Below are positions 38,001 through 53,600 of a stretch of 64,000 bases of DNA, piece by piece. The notes beneath the pieces are model-generated. The model was not told where the DNA came from and did no database searches. It saw only the letters and a list, made by a program, of their open reading frames with translations. Every line of letters starts with the position of its first letter. The stretch's first letter is position 1. A program made the position numbers and the translations under genes. The stretch comes from Heterodontus francisci (taxonomy: Eukaryota), in NCBI RefSeq assembly GCF_036365525.1, contig NC_090378.1:122931593-122995592 (forward strand), written 5' to 3'.

Positions 38001-41000
38001 TATATATAATATATCATAATGGAAACACAGTCCCACCTCCTGCACTGACACAACCCACAGTTTTATATAATATATAATAATGGACACACAGTCCCACCTC
38101 CTGCACTGACACAACCCACAGTTTTATATAATATATAATAATGGACACACAGTCCCACCTCCTGTACTGACACATCCCACAGTTATATATAATATATAAT
38201 AATGGGCACACATTCCCACCTCCTGCACTGACACATCCCACAGTTATAGATAATATATAATAATGGATACACAGTCCCACCTCCTGCACCGACACGTCCC
38301 ACAGTAATATATAATATATAATAATGGATACACATTCCCACTTCCTGGACTGACACGTCCCACAGTAAAAAATAATATATAATAATGGATACACAGTCCC
38401 ACCTCCTGCACCGACACATCCCACAGTAATATATAAAATATAATAATGGATACACAGTCCCACCTCCTGTACTGACACATCCCTCAGTAAAGAATAATAT
38501 ATAATAATGGACACACATTCCCACTTCCTGTACTAACACGTCCCACACTTATATATAATATATAATAATGGATACACATTCCCAATTCCTGTACTGACAC
38601 GTCCCACAGTTATATATAATATATAATAATGGATACACAGTCCCACCTCCTGCACTGACACATCCCACAGTTATATATAATATATAATAATGGATACACA
38701 TTCCCACTTCCTGCACTGACACGTCCCACAGTTATATATAATATGTAATAATGGATACACATTCCCACTTCCTGTACTGACACGTCCCACAGTTATATAT
38801 AATATATAATAATGGATACACATTCCCACCTCCTGAACTGAAACATCCCACAGTGTAAAATAATATATAACAATGGACACACATTCCCACTTCCTGTACT
38901 GACACGTCCCACAGTTATATATAATATACAATAATGGACACACAGTCCCAACTCCTGTACTGACACAACCCACAGTTATATATAATATATCATAATGGAA
39001 ACACAGTCCCACCTCCTGAACTGACACAACCCACAGTTTTATATAATATATAATAATGGACACACAGTCCTACCTCCTGTACTGACACATCTCACAGTTA
39101 TATAAAATATATAATAATGGACACACAGTCCCACCTCCTGTACTGACACAACCCACAGTTATATATAATATATCATAATGGAAACACAGTCCCACCTCCT
39201 GCACTGACACAACCCACAGTTTTATATAATATATAATAATGGACACACAGTCCCACCTCCTGTACTGACACATCTCACAGTTATATAAAATATACAATAA
39301 TGGACACACAGTCCCACCTCCTGTACTGACACATCCCACAGTTACATATAATATATAATAATGGGCACACATTCCCACCTCCTTCACTGACACATCCCAC
39401 AGTTATATATAATATATAATAATGGACACACAGTTCCACTTCCTGTACTGACACGTCCCACAGTTATATATAATATATAATAATGGACACACAGTCCCAC
39501 CTCCTGTACTGACACATCTCACAGTTATATAAAATATACAATAATGGACACACAGTCCCACCTCCTGTACTGACACGTCCCACAGTTATACATAATATAT
39601 AATAATGGACACACAGTCCCACCTCCTGTAGTGACACATCTCACAGTTATATAAAATCTCCAAGAATGGACACACAGTCCCACCTCCTGTACTGACACAT
39701 CCCACCGTTATATATAATATATAATAATGGGCACACATTCCCACCTCCTGCACTGACACATCCCACAGTTATATATAATATATAATAATGGACACACAGT
39801 CCCACCTCCTGCACTGACACATCCCACAGTTATATATAATATATAATAATGGATACACATTCCCACCTCGTGGACTGACACGTCCCACAGTAAAAAATAA
39901 TATATAATAATGGACACACAGTCCCACCTCCTGCACTGGTACATCCCACAGTTATATATAATATATAATAATGGATACACAGTCCCACCTCCTGCACTGA
40001 CACATCCCACAGTTATATATAATATATAATAATGGATACACATTCCCACCTCCTGCACTGACACATCCCACAGTAATATATAAAATATAATAATGGATAC
40101 ACAGTCCCACCTCCTGTACTGACACATCCCTCAGTAAAGAATAATATATAATAATGGATACACATTCCCACTTCCTGGACTGACACGTCCCACAGTAAAA
40201 AATAATATATAATAATGGATACACAGTCCTACCTCCTGCACCGACACATCCCACAGTAATATATAAAATATAATAATGGATACACAGTCCCACCTCCTGT
40301 ACTGACACATCCCTCAGTAAAGAATAATATATAATAATGGACACACATTCCCACTTCCTGTACTGACACGTCCCACACTTATATATAATATATAATAATG
40401 GATACACATTCCCAATTCCTGTACTGACTCGTCCCACAGTTATATATAATATATAATAATGGACACACATTCCCACTTCCTGTACTGACACGTCCCACAC
40501 TTATATATAATATATAATAATGGATACACATTCCCAATTCCTGTACTGACTCGTCCCACAGTTATATATAATATATAATAATGGACACACATTCCCACCT
40601 CCTGCACTGACACATCCCACAGTTATATATAATATATAATAATGGATACACATTCCCACTTCCTGCACTGACACGTCCCACAGTTATATATAATATGTAA
40701 TAATGGATACACATTCCCACTTCCTGCACTGACACGTCCCACAGTTATATATAATATATAATAATGGATACACATTCCCACCTCCTGAACTGAAACATCC
40801 CACAGTGTAAAATAATATATAACAATGGACACACATTCCCACTTCCTGTACTGACACGTCCCACAGTTATATATAATATACCATAATGGAAACACAGTCC
40901 CACCTCCTGCACCGACACGTCCCACAGTTATATATAATATATAATAATGGACACACAGTCCCACCTCCTGTACTGACACCTCTCACAGTTATATAAAATA

Positions 41001-44000
41001 TATAATAATGGACACACAGTCCCACCTCCTGTACTGACACAACCCACAGTTATATATAATATATCATAATGGACACACGGTCCCACCTCCTGAACTGACA
41101 CAACCCACAGTTTTATATAATATATAATAATGGACACACAGTCCCACCTCCTGTACTGACACCTCTCACAGTTATATAAAATATATAATAATGGACACAC
41201 AGTCCCACCTCCTGTACTGACACAACCCACAGTTATATATAATATATCATAATGGAAACACAGTCCCACCTCCTGCACTGACACAACCCGCAGTTTTATA
41301 TAATATATAATAATGGACACACAGTCCCACCTCCTGTACTGACACATCTCACAGTTATATAAAATATACAATAATGGACACACAGTCCCACCTCCTGTAC
41401 TGACACATCCCACAGTTATATATAATATATAATAATGGGCACACATTCCCACCTCCTTCACTGACACATCCCACAGTTATATATAATATATAATAATGGA
41501 CACACAGTTCCACTTCCTGTACTGACACGTCCCACAGTTATATATAATATATAATAATGGACACACAGTCCCACCTCCTGTACTGACACATCCCACAGTT
41601 ATATAAAATATACAATAATGGACACACAGTCCCACCTCCTGTACTGACACGTCCCACAGTTATATATAATATATAATAATGGATACACATTCCCACCTCC
41701 TGTAGTGACACATCCCACAGTTATATATAATATATAATAATGGGCACACAGTCCCACCTCCTGTAGTGACACATCCCACAGTTATATATAATATATAATA
41801 ATGGACACACATTCCCACCTCCTGCACTGACACATCCCACAGTTATATATAATATATAATAATGGACACACAGTCCCACCTCCTGTAGTGACACATCCCA
41901 CAGTTATATATAATATATAATAATGGACACACAGTCCCACCTCCTGTAGTGACACATCCCACAGTTATATATAATATATAATAATGGACACACAGTCCCA
42001 CCTCCTGTACTGACACATCCCACAGTTATATATAATATATAATAATGGACACACAGTCCCACCTCCTGCACTGACACATCCCACAGTTATATATAATATA
42101 TAATAATGGACACACAGTCCCACCTCCTGTAGTGACACATCCCACAGTTATATATAATATATAATAATGGACACACAGTCCCACCTCCTGTACTGACACA
42201 TCCCACAGTTATATATAATATATAATAATGGACACACAGTCCCACCTCCTGCACTGACACATCCCACAGTTATACATAATATATAATAATGGACACACAG
42301 TCCCACCTCCTGTAGTGACACATCCCACAGTTATATATAATATATAATAATGTGCACACATTCCCACCTCCTGCACTGACACATCCCACAGTTATATATA
42401 ATATATAATAATGGACACACAGTCCCACCTCCTGTAGTGACACATCCCACAGTTATATATAATATATAATAATGGACACACAGTCCCACCTCCTGTACTG
42501 ACACATCCCACAGTTATATATAATATATAATAATGGACACACAGTCCCACCTCCTGCACTGACACATCCCACAGTTATATATAATATATAATAATGGATA
42601 CACATTCCCACCTCGTGGACTGACACGTCCCACAGTAAAAAATAATATATAATAATGGACACACAGTCCCACCTCCTGCACTGGTACATCCCACAGTTAT
42701 ATATAATATATAATAATGGATACACAGTCCCACCTCCTGTACAGACACGTCCCACAGTAAAAAATAATATATAATAATGGATACACATTCCCACCTCCTG
42801 CACTGACACATCCCACAGTAATATATAAAATATAATAATGGATACACAGTCCCACCTCCTGTATTGAAACATCCCACAGTTATATATAATATATAATAAT
42901 GGATACACATTCCCACCTCCTGCACCGACACATCCCACAGTTATATATAATATATAATAATGGATACACATTCCCACCTCCTGCACCGACACATCCCACA
43001 GTTATATGTAATATATAATAATGGATACACAGTCCCACCTCCTGTACAGACACGTCCCACAGTAAAAAATAATATATAATAATGGATACACATTCCCACC
43101 TCCTGTACTGACACATCCCACAGTTATATATAATATATAATAATGGATACACATTCCCACCTCCTGCACCGACACATCCCACAGTTATATATAATATATA
43201 ATAATGGATACACATTCCCACCTCCTGTACTGACACATCCCACAGTAAAAAATAATATATAATAATGGATACACAGTCCCACCTCCTGCACTGACACATC
43301 CCTCAGTAAAAAATAATATATAATAATGGATACACAATCCCACATCCTGCACCGACACATCCCACAGTTATATATAATATATAATAATGGATACACAGTC
43401 CCACCTCCTGTACTGACACATCCCACAGTAAAAAATAATATATTATAATGGACACACATTCCCACCTCCTGCACTGACACATCCCACAGTTATATATAAT
43501 ATATAATAATGGATACACAGTCCCACCTCCTGCACCGACACATCCCACAGTTATATATAATATATAATAATGGATACACATTCCCACTTCCTGGACTGAC
43601 ACGTCCCACAATAAAAAATAATATATAATAATGGATACACAGTCCCACCTCCTGCACCGACACATCCCACAGTAATATATAATATATAATAATGGATACA
43701 CATTCCCACCTCCTGTACTGACACATCCCACAGTAAAAAATAATATATAATAATGGATACATATTCCCACCTCCTGCACCGACACATCCCACAGTAATAT
43801 ATAAAATATAATAATGGATACACATTCCCACCTCCAGCACTGACACATCCCACAGTTATATATAATATGTAATAATGGATACACATTCCCACTTCCTGTA
43901 CTGACACATCCCACAGTTATATATAATATATAATAATGGATACACATTCCCACCTCCTGCACCGACACATCCCACAGTAATATATAAAATATAATAATGG

Positions 44001-45510
44001 ATACACAATCCCACCTCCTGTACTAACACATCCCTCAGTAAAAAATAATATATTATATTGGACACACAGTCCCACCTCCTGCACCGACACATCCCACAGT
44101 AATATATAAAATATAATAATGGATACACATTCCCACCTCCAGCACTGACACATCCCACAGTTATATATAATATGTAATAATGGATACACTGTCCCACTTC
44201 CTGTACTGACACATCCCACAGTTATATATAATATATAATAATGGATACACATTCCCAATTCCTGTACTGACACATCCCACAGTTATATATAATATATAAT
44301 AATGGATTCACAGTCCCACCTCCTGCACTGACACATCCCACAGTTATATATAATATATAATAATGGATACACATTCCCACTTCCTGTACTGACACATCCC
44401 ACAGTAAAAAATAATATATAATAATGGATTCACAGTCCCACCTCCTGCACTGACACATCCCACAGTTATATATAATATATAATAATGGACACACAGTCCC
44501 ACCTCCTGTACTGACACGTCCCACAGTTATATATAATATATAATAATGGATACACAGTCCCACCTCCCGCACTGACACATCCCACAGTTATATATAATAT
44601 ATAATAATGGACACACAGTCCCACCTCCTGTACTGAAACATCCCACAGTAAAAAATAATATATAATAATGGACACACAGTCCCACCTCCTGCACTGACAC
44701 ATCCCACAGTAAAAAATAATATATAACAATGGACACACATTCCCACTTCCTGTACTGACATGTCCCACAGTTATATATAATATATAATAATGGACACACA
44801 GTCCCACCTCCTGTACTGACACAACCCACAGTTATATATAATATATCATAATGGAAACTTAGTCCCACCTCCTGCACTGACACAACCCACAGTTTTATAT
44901 AATATATAATAATGGACACACAGTCCCACCTCCTGTACTGACACATCTCACAGTTATATAAAATATATAATAATGGACACACAGTCCCACCTCCTGTACT
45001 GACACAACCCACAGTAATATATAATATATAATAATGGATACACATTCCCACCTCCTGTACTGACACATTCCACAGTAAAAAATAATATATAATAATGGAT
45101 ACACAATCCCACCTCCTGCACCGACACATCCCACAGTTATATATAATATATAATAATGGATACACAATCCCACCTCCTGCACCGACACATCCCACAGTAA
45201 AAAATAATATATTATAATGGACACACATTCCCACCTCCTGCACTGACACATCCCACAGTTATATATAATATATAATCATGGATACACATTCCCACATCCT
45301 GTACTGACACATCCCACAGTAAAAAATAATATATAATAATGGATACACAATCCCACCTCCTGCACCGACACATCCCACAGTTATATATAATATATTATAA
45401 TGGACACACATTCCCACCTCCTGCACTGACACATCCCACAGTTATATATAATATATTATAATGGACACACATTCCCACCTCCTGCACCGACACATCCCAC
45501 AGTTATATAT

Positions 45511-47674
45511 TCTTTTGGGCCTCCTTATCTCGAGAGACAATGGATACGCGCCTGGAGGTGGTCAGTGGTTTGTGAAGCAGCGTCTGGAGTGGCTATAAAG
45601 GCCAATTCTGGAGTGACAGGCTCTTCCACAGGTGCTGCAGAGAATTTTGTTTGTTGGGGCTGTTGCACAGTTGGCTCTCCCCTTGCGCCTCTGTCTTTTT
45701 TCCTGCCAACTACTAAGTCTCTTCGACTCGCCACAATTTAGCCCTGTCTTTATGGCTGCCCGCCAGCTCTGGCGAATGCTGGCAACTGACTCCCACGACT
45801 TGTGATCAATGTCACACGATTTCATGTCGCGTTTGCAGACGTCTTTATAACGGAGACATGGACGGCCGGTGGGTCTGATACCAGTGGCGAGCTCGCTGTA
45901 CAATGTGTCTTTGGGGATCCTGCCATCTTCCATGCGGCTCACATGGCCAAGCCATCTCAAGCGCCGCTGACTCAGTAGTGTGTATAAGCTGGGGATGTTG
46001 GCCGCTTCAAGGACTTCTGTGTTGGAGATATAGTCCTGCCACCTGATGCCAAGTATTCTCCGAAGGCAGCGAAGATGGAATGAATTGAGACGTCGCTCTT
46101 GGCTGGCATACGTTGTCCAGGCCTCGCTGCCGTAGAGAAAGGTACTGAGGACACAGGCCTGATACACTCGGACTTTTGTGTTCCGTGTCAGTGCGCCATT
46201 TTCCCACACTCTCTTGGCCAGTCTGAACATAGCAGTGGAAGCCTTACCCATGCGCTTGTTGATTTCTGCATCTAGAGACAGGTTACTGGTGATAGTTGAG
46301 CCTAGGTAGGTGAACTCTTGAACCACTTCCAGAGCGTGGTCGCCAATATTGATGGATGGAGCATTTCTGACATCCTGCCCCATGATGTTCGTTTTCTTGA
46401 GGCTGATGGTTAGGCCAAATTCATTGCAGGCAGACGCAAACCTGTCGATGAGACTCTGCAGGCATTCTTCAGTATGAGATGTTAAAGCAGCATCGTCAGC
46501 AAAGAGGAGTTCTCTGATGAGGACTTTCCGTACTTTGGACTTCGCTCTTAGACGGGCAAGGTTGAACAACCTGCCCCCTGATCTTGTGTGGAGGAAAATT
46601 CCTTCTTCAGAGGATTTGAACGCATGTGAAAGCAGCAGGGAGAAGAAAATCCCAAAAAGTGTGGGTGCGAGAACACAGCCCTGTTTCACACCACTCAGGA
46701 TAGGAAAGGGCTCTGATGAGGAGCCACCATGTTGAATTGTGCCTTTCATATTGTCATGGAATGAGGTGATGATACTTAGTAGCTTTGGTGGACATCCGAT
46801 CTTTTCTAGTAGTCTGAAGAGACCACGTCTGCTGACGAGGTCAAAGGCTTTGGTGAGATCAATGAAAGCAATGTAGAGGGGCATCTGTTGTTCACGGCAT
46901 TTCTCCTGTATCTGACGAAGGGAGAACAGCATGTCAATAGTCGATCTCTCTGCACGAAAGCCACACTGTGCCTCAGGGTAGACGCGCTCGGCCAGCTTCT
47001 GGAGCCTGTTCAGAGCGACTCGAGCAAAGACTTTCCCCACTATGCTGAGCAGGGAGATTCCACGGTAGTTGTTGCAGTCACCGCGGTCACCTTTGTTTTT
47101 ATAGAGGGTGATGATGTTGGCATCGCGCATGTCCTGGGGTACTGCTCCCTCGTCCCAGCACAGGCATAGCAGTTCATGTAGTGCTGAGAGTATAGCAGGC
47201 TTGGCACTCTTGATTATTTCAGGGGTAATGCTGTCCTTCCCAGGGGCTTTTCCGCTGGCTAGGGAATCAATGGCATCACTGAGTTCCGATTTGGTTGGCT
47301 GTATGTCCAGCTCATCCATGACTGGTAGAGGCTGGGCTGCATTGAGGGCAGTCTCAGTGACAGCATTCTCCCTGGAGTACAGTTCTAGGTAGTGCTCAAC
47401 CCAGCGGTCCATCTGTTTGCGTTGGTCAGTGATTATGTCCCCCGATTTAGATTTGAGGGGGGTGATCTTCTTGATGGTTGGCCCAAGAGCTCTCTTCATG
47501 CCATCATACATTCCTCTGATGTTTCCGGTGTCTGAGGCCAGCTGAATATGACTGCATAGGTGTTGCCAGTAGTCGTTTGCGCAACGCCTAGCTGTTCTTT
47601 GTACAGTACTTCTGGCTGCTTTAAGTGCTGCGGATGTTAAATCGCTGGGGGCTTTCTTGTAGTTCAAAAGTGCA
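45511..47674 (-). mobile_element. RTE-clade non-LTR retrotransposon, 5'-truncated, young
   Basis: ~700 uninterrupted codons ending at the stop at 45562, with QCGFRAERSTID, FIDLTKAFD, GVKQGCVLAPTLF, LLFADD and C-terminal CSTC...HSRRC; ~50-nt 3' UTR ending CCCAAAAGAA; no endonuclease domain; the first ~29 aa of the listed ORF are satellite-derived. Confidence 0.93.
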
Positions 47675-50600
47675 ACAGTCCCACCTCCTGCACTGACACA
47701 TCCCACAGTTATATATAATATATAATAATGGATACACATTCCCACTTCCTGTACTGACACGTCCCACAGTTATATATAATATATAATAATGGATACACAT
47801 TCCCACTTCCTGGACTGACACGTCCCACAGTAAAAAATAATATATAATAATGGATACACAGTCCCACCTCCTGCACCGACACATCCCACAGTAATATATA
47901 AAATATAATAATGGATACACAATCACACCTCCTGTACTGACACATCCCTCAGTAAAAAATAATATATTATAATGGACACACAGTCCCACCTCCTGCACCG
48001 ACACATCCCACAGTAATATATAAAATATAATAATGGATACACATTCCCACCTCCTGCACTGACACATCCCACAGTTATATATAATATGTAATAATGGATA
48101 CACATTCCCACTTCCTGTACTGACACGTCCCACAGTTATATATAATATATAATAATGGATACACATTCCCAATTCCTGTACTGACACATCCCACAGTTAT
48201 ATATAATATATAATAATGGATACACAGTCCCACCTCCTGCACTGACACATCCCACAGTTATATATAATATATAATAATGGATACACATTCCCACTTCCTG
48301 TACTGACACGTCCCACAGTTATATATAATATGTAATAATGGATACACATTCCCACTTCCTGTACTGACACGTCCCACAGTTATATATAATATATAATAAT
48401 GGATACACATTCCCACCTCCTGTACTGAAACATCCCACAGTAAAAAATAATATATAATAATGGACACACAGTCCCACCTCCTGCACTGACACATCCCACA
48501 GTAAAAAATAATATATAACAATGGACACACATTCCCACTTCCTGTACTGACACGTCCCACAGTTATATATAATATATAATAATGGACACACAGTCCCACC
48601 TCCTGTACTGACACAACCCACAGTTACATATAATATATCATAATGGAAACTTAGTCCCACCTCCTGCACTGACACAACCCACAGTTTTATATAATATATA
48701 ATAATGGACACACAGTCCCACCTCCTGTACTGACACATCTCACAGTTATATAAAATATATAATAATGGACACACAGTCCCACCTCCTGTACTGACACAAT
48801 CCACAGTTATATATAATATATCATTATGGAAACACAGTCCCACCTCCTGCACTGACACAACCCACAGTTTTATATAATATATAATAATGGACACACAGTC
48901 CCACCTCCTGTACTGACACATCTCACAGTTATATAAAATATACAATAATGGACACACAGTCCCACCTCCTGTACTGACACGTCCCACAGTTATATATAAT
49001 ATATAATAATGGACACACAGTCCCACCTCCTGTAGTGACACATCTCACAGTTATATAAAATATACAATAATGGACACACATTCCCACCTCCTGCACTGAG
49101 ACATCCCACAGTTATATATAATATATAATAATGGACACACAGTCCCACCTCCTGCACTGACACATCCCACAGTTATATATAATATATAATAATGGATACA
49201 CATTCCCACCTCGTGGACTGACACGTCCCACAGTAAAAAATAATATATAATAATGGATACACAATCCCACCTCCTGCACCGACACATCCCACAGTTATAT
49301 ATAATATATAATAATGGATACACATTCCCACCTCCTGCACCGACACATCCCACAGTAAAAAATAATATATTATAATGGACACACATTCCCACCTCCTGCA
49401 CCGACACATCCCACAGTTATATATAATATATAATAATGGATACACATTCCCACCTCCTGTACTGACACATCACACAGTAAAAAATAATATATAATAATGG
49501 ATACACAGTCCCACCTCCTGCACTGACACATCCCTCAGTAAAAAATAATATATAATAATGGATACACAATCCCACCTCCTGCACCGACACATCCCACAGT
49601 TATATATAATATATAATAATGGATACACATTCCCACCTCCTGCACTGACACATCCCACAGTTATATATAATATACAATAATGGATACACAGTCCCACCTC
49701 CTGCACCGACACATCCCACAGTTATATATAATATATAATAATGGATACACAGTCCCACCTCCTGCACTCACACATCCCTCAGTAAAAAATAATATATAAT
49801 AATGGATACACAATCCCACCTCCTGCACCGACACATCCCACAGTTATATATAATATATAATAATGGATACACATTCCCACCTCCTGCACTGACACATCCC
49901 ACAGTTATATATAATATACAATAATGGATACACAGTCCCACCTCCTGCACCGACACATCCCACAGTTATATATAATATATAATAATGGATACACAGTCCC
50001 ACCTCCTGCACTGACACATCCCTCAGTAAAAAATAATATATAATAATGGATACACAATCCCACCTCCTGCACCGACACATCCCACAGTTATATATAATAT
50101 ATAATAATGGATACACATTCCCACTTCCTGGACTGACACGTCCCACAGTAAAAAATAATATATAATAATGGATACACAGTCCCACCTCCTGCACCGACAC
50201 ATCCCACAGTAATATATAATATATAATAATGGATACACAGTCCCACTTCCTGTACTGACACATCCCACACTTATATATAATATATAATAATGGATACACA
50301 TTCCCACTTCCTGTACTGACACGTCCCACAGTTATATATAATATATAATAATGGATACACATTCCCACTTCCTGTACTGACACATCCCACAGTTATATAT
50401 AATATATAATAATGGATACACATTCCCACTTCCTGTACTGACACGTCACACAGTTATATATAATATATAATAATGGATACACATTCCCAATTCCTGTACT
50501 GACACATCCCACAGTTATATATAATATATAATAATGGATACACAGTCCCACCTCCTGCACTGACACATCCCACAGTTATATATAATATATAATAATGGAT

Positions 50601-53600
50601 ACACATTCCCACTTCCTGTACTGACACGTCCCACAGTTATATATAATATGTAATAATGGATACACATTCCCACTTCCTGTACTGACACGTCCCACAGTTA
50701 TATATAATATATAATAATGGATACACATTCCCACCTCCTGTACTGAAACATCCCACAGTAAAAAATAATATATAATAATGGACACACAGTCCCACCTCCT
50801 GCACTGACACATCCCACAGTAAAAAATAATATATAACAATGGACACACATTCCCACTTCCTGTACTGACACGTCCCACAGTTATATATAATATATAATAA
50901 TGGACACACAGTCCAACCTCCTGTACTGACACAACCCACAGTTATATATAATATATCATAATGGAAACTTCGTCCCACCTCCTGCACTGACACAACCCAC
51001 AGTTTTATATAATATATTATAATGGACACACAGTCCCACCTCCTGTACTGACACATCTCACAGTTATATAAAATATATAATAATGGATACACAGTCCCAC
51101 CTCCTGTACTGACACGTCCCACAGTTATATATAATATGTAATAATGGATACACAGTCCCACCTCCTGTACTGACACGTCCCACAGTTATATATAATATAT
51201 CATATTGGAAACACAGTCCCACCTCCTGTACTGACACATCTCACAGTTATATAAAATATACAATAATGGACACACAGTCCCACCTCCTGTACTGACACAT
51301 CCCACAGTTATATATAATATATAATAATGGACACACAGTCCCACCTCCTGTACTGACACATGTCACAGTTATATATAATATATAATAATGGACACACAGT
51401 CCCACCTCCTGTACTGACACATCTCACAGTTATATAAAATATACAATAATGGGCACACATTCCCACCTCCTGCACTGACACATCCCACAGTTATATATAA
51501 TATATAATAATGGACACACAGTCCCACCTCCTGCACTGACACATCCCACAGTTATAAAAATATATCATAATGGATACACATTCCCATCTCGTGGACTGAC
51601 ACGTCCCACAGTAAAAAATAATATATAATAATGGACACACAGTCCCACCTCCTGTACTGACACATCCCACAGTTATAAAAATATATAATAATGGATACAC
51701 ATTCCCACCTCGTGGACTGACACGTCCCACAGTAAAAAATAATATATAATAATGGATACACAGTCCCACCTCGTGCACTGGTACATCCCACAGTTATATA
51801 TAATATATAATAATGGATACACATTCCTACCTCCTGTACTGACACATCCCACAGTAAAAAATAATATATAATAATGGATACACAGTCCCACCTCCTGCAC
51901 TGACACATCCCACAGTAATATATAAAATATAATAATGGATGCACAGTCCCACCTCCTGTACAGACACGTCCCACAGTAAAAAATAATATATAATAATGGA
52001 TACACATTCCCACCTCCTGTACTGACACATCCCACAGTAAAAAATAATATATAATAATGAACACACAGTCCCACCTCCTGCACCGACACATCCCACAGTT
52101 ATATATAATATATAATAATGGATACACATTCCCACCTCCTGTACTGACACATCCCACAGTAAAAAATAATATATAATAATGGATACACAGTCCCACCTCC
52201 TGCACTGACACATCCCTCAGTAAAAAATAATATAGAATAATGGATACACAATCGCACTTCCTGCACCGACACATCCCACAGTTATATATAATATATAACA
52301 ATGGAGACACAATCCCACCTCCTGCACTGACACATCTCACAGTTATATAAAATATACAATAATGGGCACACAGTCCCACCTCCTGTACTGACACATCCCA
52401 CAGTTATATATAATATATAATAATGGATACACAGTCCCACCTCCTGCACCGACACGTCCCACAGTAATATATAATATATAATAATGGATACACGTTCCCA
52501 CTTCCTGGACTGACACGTCCCACAGTAAAAAATAATATATAATAATGGATACACAGTCCCACTTCCTGCACCGACACATCCCACAGTAATATATAATATA
52601 TAATAATGGATACACATTCCCACCTCCTGTACTGACACATCCCACAGTAAAAAATAATATATAATAATGGATACACAGTCCCACCTCCTGCACCGACACA
52701 TCCCACAGTAATATATAATATATAATAATGGATACACATTCCCACCTCCTGCACTGACACATCCCACAGTTATATATAATATGTAATAATGGATACACAT
52801 TCCCACCTCCTGCACTGACACATCCCACTGTTATATATAATATGTAATAATGGATACACATTCCCACCTCCTGCACTGACACATCCCACAGTTATATATA
52901 ATATGTAATAATGGATACACATTCCCACTGCCTGCACTGACACATCCCACAGTAATATATAATATATAATAATGGATACACATTCCCACCTCCTGTACTG
53001 ACACATCCCACAGTAAAAAATAATATATAATAATGGACACACAGTCCCACCTCCTGCACTGACACATCCCACAGTTATATATAACATATAATAATGGATA
53101 CACATTCCCACCTCCTGCACTGACACATCCCACAGTTATATATAATATGTAATAATGGATACACATTCCCACTGCCTGCACTGACACATCCCACAGTAAT
53201 ATATAAAATATAATAATGGATACACAGTCCCACCTCCTGCACTGACACATCCCACAGTTATATATAATATGTAATAATGGATACACATTCCCACTTCCTG
53301 TACTGACACGTCCCACAGTTATATATAATATATAATAATGGACACACAGTCCCACCTCCTGCACTGACACATCCCACAGTTATATATAATATGTAATAAT
53401 GGTTACAGATTCCCACTTCCTGCACTGACACGTCCCACAGTTATATATAATATATAATAATGGATACACATTCCCACTTCCTGTACTGACACGTCCCACA
53501 GTTATAGAAATATATAATAATGGACACACAGTCCCACCTCCTGTACTGACACATCCCACAGTTATATATAATATATAATAATGGACACACAGTCACGCCT

